34,497 bases of DNA from a virus (IMGVR_UViG_3300037634_002400:1-34497), one strand, 5' to 3'; shown: positions 18,907 through 27,460, counted from the first letter of the stretch. Program-made: numbers and translations. Notes: generated from the letters alone by a model not told the origin.

Positions 18907-19415
18907 ACTGGTGACTCAAGAAACCCGCATAATGCGAGGGAATCCATATTTGTAACAAGACAAAGAATAATCACTCAAAGCGTTTAAACGTCACACAATT
19001 ATTTGAAACGTTTCTTACACGAACGTTTGGGAAGCACGTTTGGTTACATTTATTTTCATTTTTTTTTCAATTTTGTTACAACCGCTTAATGACCAACATT
19101 TTAATTTCAGCATGTCTAGCGCCTGGAGCCCTCCCGATAGTCGGTAGCTAGTGCTTGCTCGCTTACGGACGGCTGGTCCACTTCGTCGTTCCTCCTCGCT
19201 AGGAACCACCATCCGCTCACAAGGCTGCGCTTCTACCAATGGGTCGTCGCAGGGCCCGTGAGGAACTCGCTGCGCTCGTTATCAATGTTCCATTGATTGA
19301 TACGTCGTTCCTCCGCATCCCTCACTAACGGCCCAGCTCCTCCCCCTACGTTGTCCTCCGTGCCCCAGGCACGTCGACAGCCGCCCCAGGCGGCCCAGTC
19401 CTCCCGTTGGTCGGG

Positions 19416-19507
19416 CCTCGCTGCGCTCGGCCTCGCTTCGCTCGGGTTGCCTCGCTGCGCTCGGCTCTATTTACCTCGCTACGCTCGGGTCGCCTCGCTG
19501 CGCTCGG
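19416..19507 (-). repeat. Cluster 1: five copies of 15-mer CCTCGCT(G/T/A)CGCTCGG
   Basis: Units at 19416, 19431, 19450, 19474, 19493; minus strand reads CC-GA-GC-GNA-GC-GA-GG. Confidence 0.95.
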
Positions 19508-19672
19508 CTCAGAGACAGCTGTCTTTCTCTCTCTCTCTCCTCCCCTTCCCTAATTTTATCACATCAGTCAAGGTAGTATCGCTGCGCGATCTCCACCTTG
19601 ACTCGCTGTGAACAATGAGTACAGTTGAGAAGACACGACGTCAGGCTCAGAAACGATAACGCTAATAAGACA

Positions 19673-20038
19673 ATGAATAACGATACATACACAAAAGAAC
19701 GCAGACGGTGGGTACGCGACCAACAAGACATGATAAGCATTACTCCGTTAGGATATGAAGATCCAACGCTAGCAGATCTAGCGCTAGCAGACATAGACAG
19801 GCAGATACTAAATTCCCCAGAGACAGCTAGAGTTGAGGCCGCTGGGCAGCTTATCATCAACGAGATGCTACAAGAAAGGCACGAAGCACAGTTCGATGAA
19901 GATCACGAAGCGGCGTTGAGAGTTAACGACCTCTTCGATACCCTCCAGAGTATCCTAGACTACAGCCCTCACAAGCACCTGCAGATCATCCAGAATCTCC
20001 AAGAAGACTGGATCGTAAAGGCCTGTATGCGCCAGTAA
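19673..20038 (+). CDS. Orphan hypothetical protein (121 aa) between two repeat clusters
   Basis: ATG at 19673 preferred over the TTG at 19625; acidic helical-looking protein followed by a terminator. Confidence 0.7.
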   Translation: MNNDTYTKERRRWVRDQQDMISITPLGYEDPTLADLALADIDRQILNSPETARVEAAGQLIINEMLQERHEAQFDEDHEAALRVNDLFDTLQSILDYSPHKHLQIIQNLQEDWIVKACMRQ

Positions 20039-20041
20039 TTC

Positions 20042-20059
20042 AAAGGCTTCGGCCTTTTT
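20042..20059 (+). terminator. Intrinsic terminator with C(UUCG)G tetraloop
   Basis: AAAGGC-TTCG-GCC-TTTTT, 3 nt after the stop codon. Confidence 0.7.
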
Positions 20060-20131
20060 AAGAAGAGCAGCCGACGGCTGCAACCATTGAGGGATTTTCC
20101 TATCATCGGTGCCTAACGGCACCCCTGGTTA

Positions 20132-20189
20132 CCTCGCTGCGCTCGGGTTGCCTCGCTGCGCTCGGCTCTATTTACCTCGCTGCGCTCGG
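20132..20189 (-). repeat. Cluster 2: three copies of the 15-mer; 58-bp direct repeat of 19431-19488
   Basis: Units at 20132, 20151, 20175 with the same spacers (GTTG, CTCTATTTA); differs from 19431-19488 at only two loop-centre bases. Confidence 0.95.
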
Positions 20190-20292
20190 ATTGCCACTGC
20201 AGTCCTCTCACTGGGCATTCGCGATGCGATACCTTCGGTCCCTGCGCAAGCTCAGGCTGCCCGGTGCCGGCCAATGAGTAGCATAAAGGAAA

Positions 20293-20335
20293 GGGGGGGA
20301 GGGGGCCATTTTTTTTTTCAACCTGGGGCAAAAAA
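20293..20335. other. G-run/T-run element, candidate packaging (pac/terminus) region
   Basis: GGGGGGGAGGGGGCCATTTTTTTTTT...GGGGCAAAAAA at a sharp GC-to-AT transition about 0.7 kb upstream of the terminase genes. Role is inferred. Confidence 0.35.
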
Positions 20336-20407
20336 TTCATTAACTCTCTAATTTAAAAATAATTTACTCATGAGGCCAATGTTTTGTTGATATTGAAACT
20401 AAGTCTC

Positions 20408-20447
20408 ATTATTGTCTTGACATCAATAGGTCGTTGTTGTTTATCTT
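20408..20447 (+). promoter_or_regulatory. Putative promoter upstream of the packaging/late region
   Basis: TTGACA at 20417-20422 and TATCTT at 20442-20447 (19-nt spacer, long); shares the 15-mer ATTATTGTCTTGACA with the replication promoter. Confidence 0.5.
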
Positions 20448-20452
20448 GGTTA

Positions 20453-20716
20453 ATGAACATCAAAAAAGGAAATAAGGTCGTACTGAAAACAACAAGAGTA
20501 GGTTCTAGTGGAAAGCCAGAGAAGGCTAGGGTGAACTACCCCTATCAGCCAGAGGAGATCAAAAAGATGCAAACTGAACCTATGGTAGTGTTTAGTGTCT
20601 CGGAGGCCCCTGACAGCGTGTACGTAGACGTTAAAAGCTATCTAGGTAGGCCGATGATCCAAAAGCACGGTTATATGTGGTTCCTCATGTCGGACTTAGA
20701 TATAGTCAGCAATTGA
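20453..20716 (+). CDS. Hypothetical protein
   Basis: ATG at 20453 (MNIKKGNKVVLK...) preferred, since the upstream extension overlaps the promoter. Confidence 0.65.
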   Translation: MNIKKGNKVVLKTTRVGSSGKPEKARVNYPYQPEEIKKMQTEPMVVFSVSEAPDSVYVDVKSYLGRPMIQKHGYMWFLMSDLDIVSN

Positions 20717-20799
20717 GAAATAACATAGTACCCATATTAGGACACTTAAACCACAATTAAAGAGTTAATGAGCCATATTAGGAAACTCTAGATGATATC

Positions 20800-20967
20800 A
20801 TGAAGAACACATTTAAAATACAGATTCAACACTACGGGCAAACCACAAGCATTGAGCTAGACCACGGGGATGTTCCAATGGATGAGTTAGCCATTATCTT
20901 TAAGCAATTGGCCCTATCGATGGGGTATCAACCAGACACAGTTGCAGACTTCATCACAACGGATTAA
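20800..20967 (+). CDS. Small hypothetical protein (55 aa, absent from the ORF track)
   Basis: MKNTFKIQIQHYGQTTSIELDHGDVPMDELAIIFKQLALSMGYQPDTVADFITTD, translated by hand. Confidence 0.65.
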   Translation: MKNTFKIQIQHYGQTTSIELDHGDVPMDELAIIFKQLALSMGYQPDTVADFITTD

Positions 20968-20994
20968 GTTAAAATGAATTTTACGGCGCATACT

Positions 20995-21035
20995 TTTTTT
21001 TGAGCCAAATGCGTACTGTTATTGGCTCAAAAAAA
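20995..21035. repeat. 14-bp inverted repeat upstream of the putative terS
   Basis: TTTTTTTGAGCCAA-13 nt-TTGGCTCAAAAAAA. Confidence 0.85.
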
Positions 21036-21052
21036 CATATTAACGACACAAA

Positions 21053-21640
21053 GTGAATAAAGATTTGAATATGTCAGAAGATAAAGACTTAGAGTTAGAT
21101 TTGTACTCAGATATAAGTGCTCGGGTCATTGAGAAAAAGCACTCAAAAGAAATGAGTGAATTTTTTGCCAGGAGCGACATGACTATATCGAACCCTGATC
21201 GGGTTACTGAGATTTTGTTTTTGTGGAGCCAAGGCTGGAGTCAAACAAAGATCTGCAAAAAGCTCAAGGCAGACCCTTACAGTGTGGGCACAATAATTGT
21301 AGAGTATGCCGACTTTGTTGGAAATTGGCGTGAATTAGGCGGAAAGTTGGCCGCTAGAGTTTATTTAAGGTTTGCTGATTTAGAAAATCAATTAATAGAC
21401 AAGGTTTCCGCCAAGCTAGAAAGCGGTGATCTGCAAGTTGGGTTTAAAGATTTAAAAGAGTTAAGCATAGCCAAAGCAAATGCAAGTAGAGAGGCATTAA
21501 CTGCTCGGGGTGAGGCCAGTAACATAAACGAAGAAAGGGTGGTTTACACCCAAGAGGATTACGAAAAGGCCGCAATGGACGCTGCCGAAAAGTTAAAACA
21601 AATGAAAAAAGCCAAAGTGGAGGGAATAACAGATGTATAG
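21053..21640 (+). CDS. terS: Putative terminase small subunit (HTH)
   Basis: HTH-like SQGWSQTKICKKLKADPYSVGTII plus helical body; two genes upstream of terL. The start may be the ATG at about 21070. Confidence 0.5.
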   Translation: MNKDLNMSEDKDLELDLYSDISARVIEKKHSKEMSEFFARSDMTISNPDRVTEILFLWSQGWSQTKICKKLKADPYSVGTIIVEYADFVGNWRELGGKLAARVYLRFADLENQLIDKVSAKLESGDLQVGFKDLKELSIAKANASREALTARGEASNINEERVVYTQEDYEKAAMDAAEKLKQMKKAKVEGITDV

Positions 21641-21851
21641 ATTTGCTGACGAAGACGAAGACGAAGACGAAGAACCAAATGAAAAAATACATGAAGGCCT
21701 AGGCCCAACTCTTGAAGAACTGTCAAAGTTGCATCTTGAAGAGTCTTGGGTTGTTGCCATTGATAATGGAAATCTAATAATCGTTGGCTCGTCTCCAGAG
21801 CAGCTGTTTAATGCTTTTTGCGCTGCCATTGAAGAAAATCTAGGGGGTTAA
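21633..21851 (+). CDS. Small acidic hypothetical protein
   Basis: 72 aa, DEDEDEDEE tract; overlaps both neighbours. Confidence 0.6.
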   Translation: MYRFADEDEDEDEEPNEKIHEGLGPTLEELSKLHLEESWVVAIDNGNLIIVGSSPEQLFNAFCAAIEENLGG

Positions 21852-23509
21852 TGAATTTAAAGTTTACAAAACACCCAGTGTTGCGAAGCCCAACTGATGA
21901 AGAAATAGTTTTTCTTGGTCAGACTGATTCTGCTTCTTTGAAGGCCCTGCACGAAGCCCACGAGGGGCGAATAGCTAGTGCTAATCGTGATCCATTGCGT
22001 TTTGGCTTTGAGTTAGAAGGCTGGGAAAGAATGCGCTGGGGGCTAGCGAACTATGGGGAATGTTTAACCCTTGGGGGGAATCGCAGCGGAAAAACAACCG
22101 GTTGTGCTAAAATGGTTATGGAAGCAGCGACTGAAAGTATGGATGGGCACATCGTATGTTTTAGTCAAAACGCTGATACTAGTGTAAAGATTCAACAGGC
22201 TGCGGTTTGGGAAATGATGCCCAAGGAGTTTAGGAAGAAGACCAAGGGCATTGAGGGGTACATTAATTTTTCAATGAAGAACGGTTTTACTGGTAGTAGT
22301 TTTATTTACCCAGATACTAGGACTAGGGTTGACTTTAAGACTTACACTCAATTTTCAAATAACCAAACAATTATAGAGGGTTTTCAATTTGGATTTAAGG
22401 AGCCCAAGGGTCTCAACATAGGTGTTTGGCTAGATGAGTATTTGGGTGATTCTACATTGGTAGACACCCTACGCTTTAGGCTAGCTACTAGAGACAGTAA
22501 AATGATTATTGGCTTTACGCCAATTGATGGGTACACCCCGTTTGTTTCTGATTATTTAAAGGGGGCTCAAATTCTTGAAACAAAGCCCGCGGAGCTATTG
22601 GGCGGCAGAGAGCTACCAGTTAAGCAGTACAGTCCAAACAGGGATGCTGCGGTAACGTATTTACATTCAATCGAAAACCCCTTTGGGGGATATCCTAGAT
22701 TAGCAAAAGATTTATCAAATCGTCCAGAAGAAGAAATATTAGTTCGGGCCTACGGTATGCCCGTTAGGTCTATGACAACCCTGTTGCCCCTTTTTAGTCC
22801 TGAAGTAAACGTACTATCTGACAAAACAAACAAATATGGGATGAAGTTCCCAGACATTAGCAACAACAAAAATTTCACCCACTACCAAGTAGTTGACCCT
22901 GCTGGTGCTAGAAATTATACGGCAATATGGGCTAGTGTTGATAAAACAGGAAACGTTTACATTGGACGGGAGTGGCCAGATAGAGACACCTACGGCGAGT
23001 GGGCGGTGTTTGGTGACCCTAAATGGAGGGTTGGCCCAGCTTCTAAGAAAGAAGGCTACGACGTAAAAGGATATGTTGATTTGTTCAAAGAAATCGAAGA
23101 AGAAATGGGGATCGAGGTTTTTGAAAGAATAGGAGATTGTCGTTATTTTGCTAGGGAAAACGAAAACAACGACGATTTGTTTACTTCGTTTGACGAAGAA
23201 GGAATGATTTTTTATCCAAGTGATGGCCGAAGCGAAGAAATTGGAATTACGGCTTTAGACGAATGGTTTAGCTACAATCCAAATGCCGAAATTGATAAAG
23301 CAAATAGACCTAGATGTTTTATTCACGCTAGTTGCGGCAACCTAATTGATTCCTTGGTCCACTATGGCGCTATGGGAAGAAGCGACGAGGCTTTAAAGGA
23401 TTTTTTTGATTTAATTCGTTATTTGCGAATGACGAACAGGGGAGAAGGACCAGATCACGTAACAAACAAAAGATTAGAAACAATTAAGATGAAAACAGGA
23501 GGATATTAG
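21851..23509 (+). CDS. terL: Terminase large subunit
   Basis: Walker A GGNRSGKT, Walker B VWLDE, coupling motif FTP, nuclease VVDPA and DFFDLIRY. Confidence 0.92.
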   Translation: MNLKFTKHPVLRSPTDEEIVFLGQTDSASLKALHEAHEGRIASANRDPLRFGFELEGWERMRWGLANYGECLTLGGNRSGKTTGCAKMVMEAATESMDGHIVCFSQNADTSVKIQQAAVWEMMPKEFRKKTKGIEGYINFSMKNGFTGSSFIYPDTRTRVDFKTYTQFSNNQTIIEGFQFGFKEPKGLNIGVWLDEYLGDSTLVDTLRFRLATRDSKMIIGFTPIDGYTPFVSDYLKGAQILETKPAELLGGRELPVKQYSPNRDAAVTYLHSIENPFGGYPRLAKDLSNRPEEEILVRAYGMPVRSMTTLLPLFSPEVNVLSDKTNKYGMKFPDISNNKNFTHYQVVDPAGARNYTAIWASVDKTGNVYIGREWPDRDTYGEWAVFGDPKWRVGPASKKEGYDVKGYVDLFKEIEEEMGIEVFERIGDCRYFARENENNDDLFTSFDEEGMIFYPSDGRSEEIGITALDEWFSYNPNAEIDKANRPRCFIHASCGNLIDSLVHYGAMGRSDEALKDFFDLIRYLRMTNRGEGPDHVTNKRLETIKMKTGGY

Positions 23510-23926
23510 ATGAAGATTAGATTAACTGAAATTGCTAAAAAATTAAACATTTCATTTGAAGAAGCAATGAAACTAAAGGAAGAAAAGCTTTGTAGCGACA
23601 TGGCTAAGGGAAAGGGTAAAAACACTTGGATCGACGAAGAGGGGCAGTCAATACTGGTTGATTCTATGGATGTCCCTGAGGCTGTCCCAAAGCATCATAG
23701 AGGAGTTGTTCAGAGTCATTGTCGCAACCCTAATTATATGTATGTAATAATACCTAATCCCCCCAGAAAAGTTGCCACTGCGGTCCCAAGAAAACTTTAC
23801 AATAAAATGAGGGGTAAAAAAGTAACAATAGAGGAAATAGTAGATGTCAATGGATCAAGTTTTAGATACGTCCCCGCAAGTAGATATAACCAAGGACAAA
23901 GCTTGGATTCAAGAACAAATAGATAG
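23510..23926 (+). CDS. Hypothetical protein with HTH-like N-terminus
   Basis: RLTEIAKKLNISFEEA; SD-like AGGAGG upstream; abuts terL. Confidence 0.65.
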   Translation: MKIRLTEIAKKLNISFEEAMKLKEEKLCSDMAKGKGKNTWIDEEGQSILVDSMDVPEAVPKHHRGVVQSHCRNPNYMYVIIPNPPRKVATAVPRKLYNKMRGKKVTIEEIVDVNGSSFRYVPASRYNQGQSLDSRTNR

Positions 23927-24083
23927 GTTTGTTGCTTGGGAAATATTTATTAGAATAGTAAGGGGAGAAGAAATGCTCCCTATGGCTCCTCTTGATTTGT
24001 GTGATAGAATAGGGGTAAACAAGGAGTATGTGTATGACCTCATACAGCAAATCAATCAAAGAAAAAAAATAGATGCAAAATGA
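23844..24083 (+). CDS. Hypothetical protein
   Basis: 79 aa bridging to the portal gene; overlaps the upstream ORF by 83 nt, so the start is uncertain. Confidence 0.55.
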   Translation: MSMDQVLDTSPQVDITKDKAWIQEQIDRFVAWEIFIRIVRGEEMLPMAPLDLCDRIGVNKEYVYDLIQQINQRKKIDAK

Positions 24084-26145
24084 TTCATTAACATACGTGG
24101 GGAAAGAGCCCGACATTAGGGCTCTAGCAAAAGCCTATGATCAATCTACGCTAGAGCTAGAGTCCTATTTCCAATTATGCCGCAACGCATACGACGATAG
24201 ACGAAATTGGTGGCCAGGAAAATCTAGGGATTTAAGAAAGCATGGGGCAGACGCCTTCCCCTGGGAGGGAGCCTCGGATATGGAGAGCCATGTTATCGAC
24301 GAGCGAATCACACGATTGGTTAGCATGTTTATGAGTGCGTTGCAGGCCGCAAACATAGTCGCGTTTCCTACCGAAGTTAATGACATTGGAAGGTCAAAGA
24401 TTGTTTCTAATTTTTTAAAATGGATGGTTAGTAGCGGGTACATCCCTCGTTTCATGAAGGAAATGGAGCTAGGCGCCAACTATCTGTTAGAACGAGGAAT
24501 ACTTATAACCTATGTTGGCTGGAGGAGAGAAGACCGCAGCTTCTTGCAACGTCTTGGTCTTGATGAAATAGCACGCCTTAACCCACAACTAGGACAACAA
24601 ATTGCTAACGGTTCCGATGGAGCAGCTATAGCCTTATTGCAACAAGTATTTCCAGAAGTAAGCGAAAAAAGGGCTCGAAAGGCAATGAAGGGCTTACGAG
24701 ATACTGGATTTGCGGAACTTCCTATTGTTAGAAGGCAAGTTGACGCTCCAGACGTCAAAACATTGGCACCAGACGGCGACTGGGTTTTCCCAGCATATGT
24801 GACAGATCCTCAACGCGCTCCTTACGGTTTTTACCGCACTTATTTATCAGCTCAAGACCTTAGGCTAAAGGTTAAAACCGACGACTGGGACGAAGACTTT
24901 GTTGACTATGTAATAGAAAAATATAGTGGAGTAAACATTGATTCCATAGAAAGGGAACAAGAGGGTCGTCGAACAATTTCTTTAACAGACATGAACTACG
25001 AAGCCGAAGAGCTAGTAGAAATTGTTTACGGCTATCAACGCCTTATTGACCCAGATGATGGATCAGAAGGGATTTATTGCACCGTATTCCATAGAGAGTT
25101 TAGTGGAGACGAAACGGCTCCTGGATATGCAAAATTTGAACTTTTAAATGGCTACGAAAATTATCCAGTTATAGTATCTAAACTGTCTGAAGACAGTAAA
25201 AGGCTGTACGACACTTTAACAATCCCTGATTTGCTTAGGGGGATTCAAAATCAAGTAAAAATTGAAAGAGACTCCAGAATTGATCGCAACTCTCTAGCCA
25301 CACTTCCGCCGTTAATTCATCCAGTAGGGCAAGCACCTACGGACTGGGGACCAGGACGTAAGGTGGCTAGACGGCGACCAGGAGACATTGAGTTTGGTCC
25401 AGTGCCAAGGTTTGACAGTGGGTCGCTAGAAATGGAAAACACCATGATGGCACAAGCTGACCGGTTGGTTGGGCTAGACGAAACGTCCGGTTCTTCTCAA
25501 GTCAGAAGGCAATTTTTAGTAAACAAATTCTTGCAACATGCAGGAGAAGTAATGGCGTTGTGTTACCGTTGCTTTCAAAGATTTGGGCCAGACAAAATAT
25601 TTTTTCAAGCTACTGGAATTCCAGATCCTCAATCTTTTGAAAAAGGAGACCCCGACGAAAATTACGACGTAACAATTAGCTACGACGTAATGAATTCAGA
25701 TGCAGAAGCTCAAGAAAAAAAGCTAGAAAGACTAGTTTCTTTAGTTTCACTTGATCGAAACGGTAGAATTAATATGGATAAACTTCTTGGTGTAATTGCC
25801 AATAGCATTGATCCAGTATTGTCCGATTCGGTCATGGAGCCAGCACAACAATCTCAAGAAAAACTTTTAAAAAATATTACTGATGACTTATCGAAAATTT
25901 ATGCAGGTATTGAAGTACCGGCACGTCCTAATGGCTCTCAAGCAGCTATGCAAATTATTCAACAATACGCATCTCAGGAAGATATTGCCCAACGTTTACA
26001 GCAAGATCAAAAGTTTGCTGAAAGGCTTCAAAAATATGCTGGTCAATATCAGTTCGCGATGCAGCAAGCTCAAAATGCCCAAATAGGGAAAATTGGCACC
26101 CCTCCAGCCACAATGGGTGGGGCCCAGACCCAAGGAATGCAATAA
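24073..26145 (+). CDS. Portal protein
   Basis: 690 aa downstream of terL; FPWEGASD N-terminal motif and Gln-rich C-terminal tail typical of podovirus portals. Confidence 0.85.
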   Translation: MQNDSLTYVGKEPDIRALAKAYDQSTLELESYFQLCRNAYDDRRNWWPGKSRDLRKHGADAFPWEGASDMESHVIDERITRLVSMFMSALQAANIVAFPTEVNDIGRSKIVSNFLKWMVSSGYIPRFMKEMELGANYLLERGILITYVGWRREDRSFLQRLGLDEIARLNPQLGQQIANGSDGAAIALLQQVFPEVSEKRARKAMKGLRDTGFAELPIVRRQVDAPDVKTLAPDGDWVFPAYVTDPQRAPYGFYRTYLSAQDLRLKVKTDDWDEDFVDYVIEKYSGVNIDSIEREQEGRRTISLTDMNYEAEELVEIVYGYQRLIDPDDGSEGIYCTVFHREFSGDETAPGYAKFELLNGYENYPVIVSKLSEDSKRLYDTLTIPDLLRGIQNQVKIERDSRIDRNSLATLPPLIHPVGQAPTDWGPGRKVARRRPGDIEFGPVPRFDSGSLEMENTMMAQADRLVGLDETSGSSQVRRQFLVNKFLQHAGEVMALCYRCFQRFGPDKIFFQATGIPDPQSFEKGDPDENYDVTISYDVMNSDAEAQEKKLERLVSLVSLDRNGRINMDKLLGVIANSIDPVLSDSVMEPAQQSQEKLLKNITDDLSKIYAGIEVPARPNGSQAAMQIIQQYASQEDIAQRLQQDQKFAERLQKYAGQYQFAMQQAQNAQIGKIGTPPATMGGAQTQGMQ

Positions 26146-26366
26146 TGCTTGCTGAAAAAGAAATAGAAATACTGGGCCACAACGAACAGTTTGCCCTGTA
26201 TCTTAATCAATTAAACTTTGTCAAACAAGATTGCATACAAGAAATGCGTAATGCTGGAACTGAAAGACTCCAGCAAATTAGTGGTCAAATTATAGCAATA
26301 GATGATGCCTTAGACCTAGGAAACTGGGGAACGGTAAGGATTCGTTGGAAAGAGATTCTTCAATAA
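26145..26366 (+). CDS. Small conserved-position protein between portal and scaffold
   Basis: 73 aa, ...RLQQISGQIIAIDDAL; translationally coupled to the portal gene. Confidence 0.65.
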   Translation: MLAEKEIEILGHNEQFALYLNQLNFVKQDCIQEMRNAGTERLQQISGQIIAIDDALDLGNWGTVRIRWKEILQ

Positions 26367-26373
26367 AAAGATG

Positions 26374-26382
26374 TGATATACT
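26374..26382 (+). promoter_or_regulatory. Extended -10 promoter for the scaffold-capsid transcript
   Basis: TG-a-TATACT followed by a small GC-rich hairpin leader. Confidence 0.45.
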
Positions 26383-26407
26383 TCGTCTTAGCCGTCGCTC
26401 GGCGTAA

Positions 26408-27460
26408 ATGAGTGGAGTAATTATGTCAGAAGAAATCATCGAAGCCCCAGCAGAGGCTGAACCAAATCTTGCGGAACCAACTAATATATCAGCAGAGGAT
26501 TTTGCAATCCAACGCTTGGAAAAACCTCAGGTAGAACCAGAAGCCGTAGAACCGGTAGAAGGGGAAGAGTCTGAGGAATCTCCAGAATCAGGTGAAGAGG
26601 CTCCCGCAGCTGAAACGCCAGATGTTCTTTCACAGTTCAACTTGGATGAAATGTCCGAGGGCGAAATCAAGGAGCTATCCAAAGCACTTGGCAGCAGAGC
26701 AGTAGACCGTTTTGGCGAACTGACTAAGCGAGCCAAAGGAGCCGAGGAGCGACTTGCAGAATTAGAGGATTCTCTTAAAAACAATCCGTTAAGTCCACAA
26801 AAGGATATTAAAAACAATCCTTTTGACGACATAAGCGATATTGAAACATTAAGGGAAAAAGCCAACGAGATAAATGACGTTATCGAGTGGGCTGAAGACA
26901 TCCTTTTTGAGTCCGACGAATATGGACCTAATGCAGAAGTAGCAGAGGTAGAAGGCAAAGGCATGACAAAGGCTGAGGTTCGCTCGGCTTTAAAAAATGC
27001 TCGCAAGTCCAGAGATTCATTTCTCCCTAGCCAATTAAAAAAAATTCAAACGATAGAGCATTCAGCTAAAATTAAATCAGATTTTGGCCGTAGAGCAATC
27101 GAAGAATTTGATTGGCTTAAAGATGGGGGTGACGAAACGATGAGAAATCGTTTTATGGAAATCGCTGGAAATCCAGATCTTCAAAAGTTCTACAAGGACT
27201 CACCGAAGGTTGGTGCTCAAATGCCATATATTCTAGCTCATGCTGTAGACAGCATGTACAACAGGAGGGTAATAAAAGATACTGCCAAAAAGGCAAAGAT
27301 CAAACCTCCCAGCCCACTAACCACTTCAGCCAAGTCTGAAAAACAAGAGAACAGATCCTCCAAGGCCTTAAAAGACCTAGGAGCGAGATTCAAATCTAGC
27401 GGAACCAACGATGATTTTATTCAAATGAGAACCAAACAGCTAGCATCAAGGCTAGTATAA
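26408..27460 (+). CDS. Capsid scaffolding protein
   Basis: Acidic Glu/Pro N-terminus, coiled coil (RFGELTKRAKGAEERLAELE), basic C-terminus; directly before the capsid gene. The start may be 26423. Confidence 0.75.
   Translation: MSGVIMSEEIIEAPAEAEPNLAEPTNISAEDFAIQRLEKPQVEPEAVEPVEGEESEESPESGEEAPAAETPDVLSQFNLDEMSEGEIKELSKALGSRAVDRFGELTKRAKGAEERLAELEDSLKNNPLSPQKDIKNNPFDDISDIETLREKANEINDVIEWAEDILFESDEYGPNAEVAEVEGKGMTKAEVRSALKNARKSRDSFLPSQLKKIQTIEHSAKIKSDFGRRAIEEFDWLKDGGDETMRNRFMEIAGNPDLQKFYKDSPKVGAQMPYILAHAVDSMYNRRVIKDTAKKAKIKPPSPLTTSAKSEKQENRSSKALKDLGARFKSSGTNDDFIQMRTKQLASRLV

Noticed and set aside
19416-20189. Repeat clusters as a CRISPR array
   Set aside because: Units are 15 bp with 0-9-nt spacers that are themselves repeated; no unique spacers of typical length and no cas genes.
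19297-20351. ORFs 19297..19611, 20109..20351 and 20113..20340 (LPRCARLY repeats)
   Set aside because: They are translations of the GC-rich hairpin repeats, mostly with weak starts; variation tracks hairpin loops, not codons.
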